From Eledone cirrhosa (lineage: Eukaryota), in NCBI GenBank assembly GCA_964016885.1, contig OZ024743.1:176080001-176144000 (forward strand): a stretch of DNA of 64,000 nucleotides, written 5' to 3'. This document shows positions 53,001 through 64,000 of the stretch, piece after piece (within the stretch, counting starts at the first letter, position 1; the number at the start of each line of letters is the position of its first letter). A program made the position numbers and the translations under genes. The notes under the pieces are model-generated. The model did no database searches. It was not told the origin of the DNA and saw nothing but the letters and a program-made list of their open reading frames with translations.

Positions 53001-56000
53001 AATGAGACGCTCGACAATGAGAGGCTCGACAATGAGAGGCTCGACAATGAGAGGTTCGACAATGAGAGGCTCGACAATGAGAGGCTCGACAATGAGACGC
53101 TCGACAATGAGACGCTCGACAATGAGACTCTCGGCAAAGAGAGGCTCGACAATGAGAGGCTCGACAATGAGAGGCTCGACAATGAGAGGCTCGACAATGA
53201 GAGGCTCGAAAATGAGAGACTCGACAATGAGACGCTCGACAATGAGAGGCTCGACAATGAGAGGCTCGACAATGAGAGGCTCGACAATGAGACGCTCGAC
53301 AATGAGACGCTCGACAATGAGACCCTCGACAATGAGAGGCTCGACAATGAGAGGCTCGACAATGTGACGCTCGACAATAATAGGCTCGATAATGAGACGC
53401 TCGACAATGAGAGGCTCGACAATGAGACGCTCGACAATGAGACGCTCGACAATGAGAGGCTCGACAATGAGACGCTCGACAATGAGAGGCTCGACAATGA
53501 GAGGCTCGACAATGAGACGCTCGACAATGAGAGGCTCGACAATGAGACGCTCGACAATGAGACGCTCGACAATGAGACGCTCGACAATGAGAGGCTCGAC
53601 AATGAGAGGCTCGACAATGAGACGCTCGACAATGAGAGGCTCGACAATGAGAGGCTCGACAATGAGACGCTCGACAATGAGACGCTCGACAATGAGAAAC
53701 TCGACAATGAGACGCTCGACAATGAGAGGCTCGACAATGAGAGGCTCGACAATGAGACGCTCGACAATGAGAGGCTCGACAATGAGAGGCTCGACAATGA
53801 GACGCTCGACAATGAGACGCTCGACAATGAGACGCTCGACAATGAGACGCTCGACAATGAGAGGCTCGACAATGAGACGCTCGACAATGAGAGGCTCGAC
53901 AATGAGACGCTCGACAATGAGACGCTTGACAATGAGACGCTCGACAATGAGAGGCTCGACAATGAGACGCTCGACAATGAGAGGCTCGACAATGAGAGGC
54001 TCGACAATGAGACGCTCGACAATGAGAGGCTCGACAATGAGAGGCTCGACAATGAGACGCTCGACAATGAGACGTTCGACAATGAGACACTCGACAATGA
54101 GAGGCTCGACAATGATAGGCTCGACAATGAGATGCTCGACAATGAGACGCTCGACCATGAGACGGTCGACAATGAGAGGCTCGACAATGAGAGGCTCGAC
54201 AATGAGAGGCTCGACAATTAGAGACTCGACAATTAGAGACTCGACAATGAGAGGCTCGACAATGAGAGGCTCGACAATGAGAGGCTCGACAATGAGACGC
54301 TCGACAATGAGACGCTCGACAATGAGAGGCTCGACAATGAGAGGCTCGACAATGAGAGGCTCGACAATGAGACGCTCGACAATGAGAGGCTCGACAATGA
54401 GAGGCTCGACAATGAGACGCTCGACAATGAGACGCTCGACAATGAGACGCTCGACAATGAGAGGCTCGACAATGAGAGGCTCGACAATGAGAGGCTCGAC
54501 AATGAGAGGCTCGACAATGAGAGGCTCGACAATGAGAGGCTCGACAATGAGAGGCTCGACAATGAGACGCTCGACAATGAGACGCTCGACAATGAGACTC
54601 TCGGCAAAGAGAGGCTCGACAATGAGAGGCTCGACAATGAGAGGCTCGACAATGAGAGGCTCGACAATGAGAGGCTCGACAATGTGACGCTCGACAATAA
54701 TAGGCTCGACAATGAGACGCTCGACAATGAGAGGCTCGACAATGAGACGCTCGACAATGAGACGCTCGACAATGAGAGGCTCGACAATGAGACGCTCGAC
54801 AATGAGAGGCTCGACAATGAGAGGCTCGACAATGAGACGCTCGACAATGAGAGGCTCGACAATGAGACGCTCGACAATGAGACGCTCGACAATGAGACGC
54901 TCGACAATGAGAGGCTCGACAATGAGAGGCTCGACAATGAGAGGCTCAACAATGAGAGGCTCGACAATGAGACGCTCGACAATGAGACGCTCGACAATGA
55001 GAGGCTCGACAATGAGACGCTCGACAATGAGACGCTCGACATTGAGAGGCTCGACAATGAGAGGCTCGACAATGAGATGCTCGACAATGAGAAACTCGAC
55101 AATGAGACGCTCGACAATGAGAGGCTCGACAATGAGAGGCTCGACAATGAGACGCTCGACAATGAGAGGCTCGACAATGAGACGCTCAACAATGAGAGGC
55201 TCGACAATGAGAGGCTCGACAATGAGACGCTCGACAATGAGACGCTCGACAATGAGACGCTCGACAATGAGAGGCTCGACAATGAGACGCTCGACAATGA
55301 GAGGCTCGACAATGAGAGGCTCGACAATGAGACGCTTGACAATGAGACGCTCGACAATGAGAGGCTCGACAATGAGACGCTCGACAATGAGAGGCTCGAC
55401 AATGAGAGGCTCGACAATGAGACTCTCGACAATGAGAGGCTCGACAATGAGAGGCTCGACAATGAGACGCTCGACAATGAGACGTTCGACAATGAGACAC
55501 TCGACAATGAGAGGCTCGACAATGATAGGCTCGACAATGAGACGCTCGACAATGAGACGCTCGACAATGAGACGGTCGACAATGAGAGGCTCGACAATGA
55601 GAGGCTCGACAATGAGAGGCTCGACAATTAGAGACTCGACAATGAGAGGCTCGACAATGAGAGGCTCGACAATGAGAGGCTTGACAATGAGACGCTCAAC
55701 AATGAGACGCTCGACAATGAGAGGCTCGACAATGAGAGGCTCGACAATGAGACGCTCGACAATGAGAGGCTCGACAATGAGAGGCTCGACAATGAGAGGC
55801 TCGACAATGAGACGCTCGACAATGAGACGCTCGACAATGAGACGCTCGACAATGAGGCTCGACCATAAGAGGCTCGACAATGAGAGGCTCGACAATGAGA
55901 GGCTCGACAATGAGAGGCTCGACAATGAGAGGCTCGACAATGAGTGGCTCGACAATGAGACGCTCGACAATGAGAGGCTCGACAATGAGACGCTCGACAA

Positions 56001-59000
56001 TGAGACTCTCGGCAAAGAGAGGCTCGACAATGAGAGGCTCGACAATGAGAGGCTCGACAATGAGAGGCTCGACAATGAGAGGCTCGACAATGAGAGGCTC
56101 GACAATGAGAGACTCGACAATGAGACGCTCGACAATGAGAGGCTCGACAATGAGAGGCTCGACAATGAGAGGCTCGACAATGAGAGGCTCGACAATGAGT
56201 GGCTCGACAATGAGACGCTCGACAATGAGAGGCTCGACAATGAGACGCTCGACAATGAGACTCTCGGCAAAGAGAGGCTCGACAATGAGAGGCTCGACAA
56301 TGAGAGGCTCGACAATGAGAGGCTCGACAATGAGAGGCTCGACAATGAGAGACTCGACAATGAGACGCTCGACAATGAGAGGCTCGACAATGAGAGGCTC
56401 GACAATGAGACGCTCGAAATAATAGGCTCGACAATGAGACGCTCGACAATGAGAGGCTCGACAATGAGAGGCTCGACAATGAGAGGCTCGACAATGAGAC
56501 GCTCGACAATGAGAGGCTCGACAATGAGAGACTCGACAATGAGAGGCTCGACAATGAGACGCTCGACAATGAGACGCTCGACAATGAGAGGCTCGACAAT
56601 GAGACGCTCGACAATGAGAGGCTCGACAATGAGAGGCTCGACAATGAGACGCTCGACAATGAGAGGCTCGACAATGAGACGCTCGACAATGAGCCGCTCG
56701 ACAATGAGACACTCGACAATGAGACGCTCGACAATGAGAGGCTCGACAATGAGAGGCTCGACAATGAGAGGCTCAACAATGAGAGGCTCGACAATGAGAC
56801 GCTCGACAATGAGACGCTCGACAATGAGAGGCTCGCCAATGAGAGGCTCGACATGAGAGGCTCGACAATTAGAGGCTCGACAATGAGAGGCTCGACAATG
56901 AGAAAATCGACAATGAGAGGCTCGACAATGAGACGTTCGACAATAAGAGGCTCGACAATGAGAGGCTCGACGATGAGACGCTCGACAATGAGAGGCTCGA
57001 CAATGAGAGGCTCGACAATGAGACGCTCGACAATGAGAGGCTCGACAATGAGAGGCTCGACAATGAGAGGCTCGACAATGAGAGGCTCGACAGTGAGAGG
57101 CTCGACAATGAGACACTCGACAATGAGAGGCTCGACAATGAGACGCTCGACAATGAGAGGCTCGACAATGAGAGGCTCAACAATGAGAGTCTCGATAATG
57201 AGAGGCTCGACAATGAGACGCTCGACAATGAGAGGCTCGACAATGAGACGCTCGACAATGAGAGGCTCGACAATGAGAGGCTCGACAATGAGACGCTCGA
57301 CAATGAGAGGCTCAAACAATGAGACGCTCGACAATGAGACGCTCGACAATGAGAGGCTCGACAATGAGAGGCTCGACAATGGGTGGCTCGACAATGAGAG
57401 GCTCGACAATGAGAGGCTCGACAATGAGACGCTCGACAATGAGGGGCTCGACAATGAGACGCTCGACAAAGAGACGCTCGACAATGAGAGGCTCGACAAT
57501 GAGAGGCTCGACAATGAGAGGCTCGACAATGAGAGGCTCGACAATGAGACGCTCGACAATGAGACGCTCGACAAAGAGACGCTCGACAATGAGAGGCTCG
57601 ACAATGAGAGGCTCGACAATGAGAGGCTCGACAATGAGAGGCTCGACAATGAGACGCTCGACAATGAGAGGCTCGACAATGAGAGGCTCAACAATGAGAG
57701 GCTCGACAATGAGACGCTCGACAATGAGACGCTCGACAGTGAGAGGCTCGACAATGAGAAGCTCGACAACGAGAGGCTCGACAATGAGACGCTCGAAAAT
57801 GCGACGCTCGACAATGAGACGCTTGACAATGAGACGCTCGACAATGAGAGGCTCGACAATGAGACGCTCGACAATGAGAAGCTCGACAATGAGAGGCTAG
57901 ACAATGAGACGCTCGACAATGAGACGCTCGACAATGAGAGGCTCGACAATGAGACGCTCGACAATAATAGGCTCGACAATGAGAGGCTCGACAATGAGAC
58001 GCTCGACAATGAGAGGCTCGACAATGAGACGCTCGACAATGAGAGGCTCGACAATGAGAGGCTCGACAATGAGAGGCTCGACAAGGAGATGCTCGACAAT
58101 GAGAGGCTCGACAATGAGAGGCTCGACAATGAGAGGCTCGACAATGAGAGGCTCGACAATGAGAGGCTCGACAATGAGAGGCTCGACAATGAGAGGCTCG
58201 ACAATGAGACGCTCGACAATGAGAGGCTCGACAATGAGACGCTCGACAATGAGACGCTCGACATTGAGAGGCTCGACAATGAGAGGCTCGACAATGAGAT
58301 GCTCGACAATGAGAAACTCGACAATGAGACGCTCGACAATGAGAGGCTCGACAATGAGAGGTTCGACAATGAGACGCTCGACAATGAGAGGCTCGACAAT
58401 GAGACGCTCGACAATGAGAGGCTCGACAATGAGAGGCTCGACAATGAGACGCTCGACAATGAGACGCTCGACAATGAGACGCTCGACAATGAGAGGCTCG
58501 ACAATGAGACGCTCGACAATGAGAGGCTCGACAATGAGAGGCTCGACAATGAGACGCTTGACAATGAGACGCTCGACAATGAGAGGCTCGACAATGAGAC
58601 GCTCGACAATGAGAGGCTCGACAATGAGAGGCTCGACAATGAGAGGCTCGACAATGAGAGGCTCGACAATGAGGGCTCGACAATGAGACGCTCGACAATG
58701 AGACGTTCGACAATGAGACACTCGACAATGAGAGGCTCGACAATGATAGGCTCGACAATGAGAGGCTCGACAATGAGACGCTCGACAATGAGACGGTCGA
58801 CAATGAGAGGCTCGACAATGAGAGGCTCGACAATGAGAGGCTCGACAATTAGAGACTCGACAATGAGAGGCTCGACAATGAGAGGCTCGACAATGAGAGG
58901 CTCGACAATGAGACGCTCGACAATGAGACGCTCGACAATGAGAGGCTCGACAATGAGAGGCTCGACAATGAGACGCTCGACAATGAGAAGCTCGACAATG

Positions 59001-62000
59001 AGAGGCTCGACAATGAGAGGCTCGACAATGAGACGCTCGACAATGAGACGCTCGACAATGAGACGCTCGACAATGAGGCTCGACCATAAGAGGCTCGACA
59101 ATGAGAGGCTCGACAATGAGAGGCTCGACAATGAGACGCTCGACAATGAGAGGCTCGACAATGAGTGGCTCGACAATGAGACGCTCGACAATGAGAGGCT
59201 CGACAATAAGACGCTCGACAATGAGACGCTCGACAATGAGAGGCTCGACAATGAGTGGCTCGACAATGAGACGCTCGACAATGAGAGGCTCGATAATGAG
59301 ACGCTCGACAAGGAGACTCTCGGCAAAGAGAGGCTCGACAATGAGAGGCTCGACAATGAGAGGCTCGACAATGAGAGGCTCGACAATGAGAGGCTCGACA
59401 ATGAGAGACTCGACAATGAGACGCTCGACAATGAGAGGCTCGACAATGAGAGGCTCGACAATGAGACGCTCGACAATGAGACGCTCAACAATGAGAGGCT
59501 CGACAATGAGAGGCTCGACAATGAGACGCTCGACAATGAGACGCTCGACAATGAGACGCTCGACAATGAGAGGCTCGACAATGAGACGCTCGACAATGAG
59601 AGGCTCGACAATGAGAGGCTCGACAATGAGACGCTTGACAATGAGACGCTCGACAATGAGAGGCTCGACAATGAGACGCTCGACAATGAGAGGCTCGACA
59701 ATGAGAGGCTCGAGAATGAGACGCTCGACATTGAGAGGCTCGACAATGAGAGGCTCGACAATGAGACGCTCGACAATGAGACGTTCGACAATGAGACACT
59801 CGACAATGAGAGGCTCGACAATGATAGGCTCGACAATGAGACGCTCGACAATGAGACGCTCGACAATGAGACGGTCGACAATGAGAGGCTCGACAATGAG
59901 AGGCTCGACAATGAGAGGCTCGACAATTAGAGGCTCGACAATGAGAGGCTCGACAATGAGAGGCTCGACAATGAGAGGCTTGACAATGAGACGCTCAACA
60001 ATGAGACGCTCGACAATGAGAGGCTCGACAATGAGAGGCTCGACAATGAGACGCTCGACAATGAGAGGCTCGACAATGAGAGGCTCGACAATGAGAGGCT
60101 CGACAATGAGACGCTCGACAATGAGACGCTCGACAATGAGACGCTCGACAATGAGGCTCGACCATAAGAGGCTCGACAATGAGAGGCTCGACAATGAGAG
60201 GCTCGACAATGAGAGGCTCGACAATGAGAGGCTCGACAATGAGTGGCTCGACAATGAGACGCTCGACAATGAGAGGCTCGACAATGAGACGCTCGACAAT
60301 GAGACTCTCGGCAAAGAGAGGCTCGACAATGAGAGGCTCGACAATGAGAGGCTCGACAATGAGAGGCTCGACAATGAGAGGCTCGACAATGAGAGGCTCG
60401 ACAATGAGAGACTCGACAATGAGACGCTCGACAATGAGAGGCTCGACAATGAGAGGCTCGACAATGAGACGCTCGACAATGAGAGGCTCGACAATGAGTG
60501 GCTCGACAATGAGACGCTCGACAATGAGAGGCTCGACAATGAGACGCTCGACAATGAGACTCTCGGCAAAGAGAGGCTCGACAATGAGAGGCTCGACAAT
60601 GAGAGGCTCGACAATGAGAGGCTCGACAATGAGAGGCTCGACAATGAGAGACTCGACAATGAGACGCTCGACAATGAGAGGCTCGACAATGAGAGGCTCG
60701 ACAATGAGACGCTCGACAATGAGACGCTCGACAATGAGACGCTCGACAATGAGAGGCTCGACAATGAGAGGCTCGACAATGTGACGCTCGACAATAATAG
60801 GCTCGACAATAAGACGCTCGACAATGAGAGGCTCGACAATGAGACGCTCGACAATGAGACGCTCGACAATGAGAGGCTCGACAATGAGACGCTCGACAAT
60901 GAGAGGCTCGACAATGAGAGGCTCGACAATGAGACGCTCGACAATGAGAGGCTCGACAATGAGACGCTCGACAATGAGACGCTCGACAATGAGACACTCG
61001 ACAATGAGACGCTCGACAATGAGAGGCTCGACAATGAGAGGCTCGACAATGAGAGGCTCAACAATGAGAGGCTCGACAATGAGACGCTCGACAATGAGAC
61101 GCTCGACAATGAGAGGCTCGCCAATGAGAGGCTCGACATGAGAGGCTCGACAATGAGAGGCTCGACAATGAGAGGCTCGACAATGAGAAAATCGACAATG
61201 AGAGGCTCGACAATGAGACGTTCGACAATAAGAGGCTCGACAATGAGAGGCTCGACGATGAGACGCTCGACAATGAGAGGCTCGACAATGAGAGGCTCGA
61301 CAATGAGACGCTCGACAATGAGAGGCTCGACAATGAGAGGCTCGACAATGAGAGGCTCGACAATGAGAGGCTCGACAGTGAGAGGCTCGACAATGAGACG
61401 CTCGACAATGAGAGGCTCGACAATGAGACGCTCGACAATGAGAGGCTCGACAATGAGAGGCTCAACAATGAGAGTCTCGACAATGAGAGGCTCGACAATG
61501 AGACGCTCGACAATGAGAGGCTCGACAATGAGACGCTCGACAATGAGAGGCTCGACAATGAGAGGCTCGACAATGAGAGGCTCGACAATGAGAGGCTCAA
61601 ACAATGAGACGCTCGACAATGAGACGCTCGACAATGAGAGGCTCGACAATGAGAGGCTCGACAATGAGAGGCTCGACAATGAGAGGCTCGACATTGAGAG
61701 GCTCGAAAATGCGAGAATCGACAATGAGAGGCTCGACAATGTGACGCTCGACAATGAGAGGCTCGACAATGAGAGGCTCGACAATGAGACGTTCGACAAT
61801 GAGACGCTCGACAATGAGACGCTCGACAATGAGAGGCTCGACAATGAGAGGCTCGACAATGAGAGGCTCGACAATGAGACGCTCGACAATGAGACGCTCG
61901 ACAAAGAGACGCTCGACAATGAGAGGCTCGACAATGAGAGGCTCGACAATGAGAGGCTCGACAATGAGAGGCTCGACAATGAGACGCTCGACAATGAGAG

Positions 62001-64000
62001 GCTCGACAATGAGAGGCTCAACAATGAGAGGCTCGACAATGAGACGCTCGACAATGAGACGCTCGACAATGAGAGGCTCGACAATGAGACGCTCGACAAT
62101 GAGAGGCTCGACAATGAGAGCCTCGACAATGAGACGCTCGACAATGAGAGGCTCGACAATGAGAGGCTCGACAATGAGACGCTCGACAATGAGACGCTCG
62201 ACAATGAGACGCTCGACAATGAGAGGCTCGACAATGAGAGGCTCGACAATGAGACGCTCGACAATGAGACGCTCGACAATGAGACGCTCGACAATGAGAG
62301 GCTCGACAATGAGAGGCTCGACAATGAGAAGCTCGACAACGAGAGGCTCGACAATGAGACGCTCGAAAATGCGACGCTCGACAATGAGACGCTTGACAAT
62401 GAGACGCTCGACAATGAGAGGCTCGACAATGAGACGCTCGACAATGAGAGGCTCGACAATGAGAGGCTAGACAATGAGACGCTCGACAATGAGACGCCCG
62501 ACAATGAGAGGCTCGACAATGAGACGCTCGACAATAATAGGCTCGACAATGAGAGGCTCGACAATGAGACGCTCGACAATGAGAGGCTCGACAATGAGAC
62601 GCTCGACAATGAGAGGCTCGACAATGAGAGGCTCGACAATGAGAGGCTCGACAAGGAGAGGCTCGACAATGAGAGGCTCGACAATGAGAGGCTCGACAAT
62701 GAGAGGCTCGACAATGACAGGCACGACAATGAGAGGCTCGACAATGAGAGGCTCGACAATGAGAGGCTCGACAATGAGATGCTCGACAATGAGAGGCTCG
62801 ACAATGAGACGCTCGACAATGAGACGCTCGACATTGAGAGGCTCGACAATGAGAGGCTCGACAATGAGATGCTCGACAATGAGAAACTCGACAATGAGAC
62901 GCTCGACAATGAGAGGCTCGACAATGAGAGGCTCGACAATGAGACGCTCGACAATGAGAGGCTCGACAATGAGACGCTCGACAATGAGAGGCTCGACAAT
63001 GAGAGGCTCGACAATGAGACGCTCGACAATGAGACGCTCGACAATGAGACGCTCGACAATGAGAGGCTCGGCAATGAGACGCTCGACAATGAGAGGCTCG
63101 ACAATGAGAGGCTCGACAATGAGACGCTTGACAATGAGACGCTCGACAATGAGAGGCTCGGCAATGAGACGCTCGACAATGAGAGGCTCAACAATGAGAG
63201 TCTCGATAATGAGAGGCTCGACAATGAGACGCTCGACAATGAGAGGCTCGACAATGAGACGCTCGACAATGAGAGGCTCGACAATGAGAGGCTCGACAAT
63301 GAGACGCTCGACAATGAGAGGCTCAAACAATGAGACGCTCGACAATGAGACGCTCGACAATGAGAGGCTCGACAATGAGAGGCTCGACAATGAGAGGCTC
63401 GACAATGAGAGGCTCGACATTGAGAGGCTCGAAAATGCGAGAATCGACAATGAGAGGCTCGACAATGTGACGCTCGACAATGAGAGGCTCGACAATGAGA
63501 GGCTCGACAATGAGACGCTCGACAATGAGAGGCTCGACAATGAGACGCTCGACAAAGAGACGCTCGACAATGAGAGGCTCGACAATGAGAGGCTCGACAA
63601 TGAGAGGCTCGACAATGAGAGGCTCGACAATGAGACGCTCGACAATGAGACGCTCGTCAAAGAGACGCTCGACAATGAGAGGCTCGACAATGAGAGGCTC
63701 GACAATGAGAGGCTCGACAATGAGAGGCTCGACAATGAGACGCTCGACAATGAGAGGCTCGACAATGAGAGGCTCAACAATGAGAGGCTCGACAATGAGA
63801 CGCTCGACAATGAGACGCTCGACAATGAGAGGCTCGACAATGAGACGCTCGACAATGAGAGGCTCGACAATGAGAGCCTCGACAATGAGACGCTCGACAA
63901 TGAGAGGCTCGACAATGAGAGGCTCAACAATGAGAGGCTCGACAATGAGAGGCTCGACAATGAGACGCTCGACAATGAGACGCTCGACAATGAGACGCTC
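41067..64000. repeat. 15-bp satellite array CTCGACAATGAGA(G/C)G, roughly 1,500 monomers, continuing past the window end
   Basis: Uninterrupted tandem array with two major monomers (…AGAGG / …AGACG), rare variants and a few 1-2 nt indels. Confidence 0.99.

Noticed and set aside
40953-63990. Giant ORFs (5387 aa, 1809 aa, etc.; LIVEP/LIVER, LDNER/LDNET, SHCRA, STMRG repeats)
   Set aside because: The 15-bp unit has no stop codon in five of six frames, so long ORFs are automatic; frames switch at indels and there is no unique domain

Overview
Eukaryotic, repeat-dense genomic DNA. The tRNA-like SINE families and microsatellite load resemble a coleoid cephalopod such as Octopus; this is an inference from recalled repeat sequences, not a search result. 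The only convincing host coding sequence is the first coding exon (TM1-TM2) of a class A GPCR at 25033-25287 (+). The first 41 kb is a mosaic of mobile-element remnants: (1) Tx1-clade LINEs stacked head-to-tail in a (GATA)n microsatellite (7195-14490), with one 5'-truncated copy whose ORF2 end is open, one near full-length frameshifted copy and a third 3'-end relic; (2) Penelope-like terminal-repeat fragments carrying type I hammerhead ribozyme motifs, including a U3-A8 compensatory-core variant at 6364-6453, a back-to-back pair at 30572-30797 and a palindrome folded through the catalytic core at 26534; (3) a palindromic pair of Helitron-like elements; (4) CRE, R4/Dong, RTE and CR1-like LINE fragments, MITEs, many SINEs and a SINE-born 33-bp minisatellite. 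From about 41067 to the window end is a >22.9 kb array of a 15-bp satellite, CTCGACAATGAGA(G/C)G, with a two-state variant position and kb-scale higher-order duplications. Almost all long ORFs in the supplied track are repeat artefacts.
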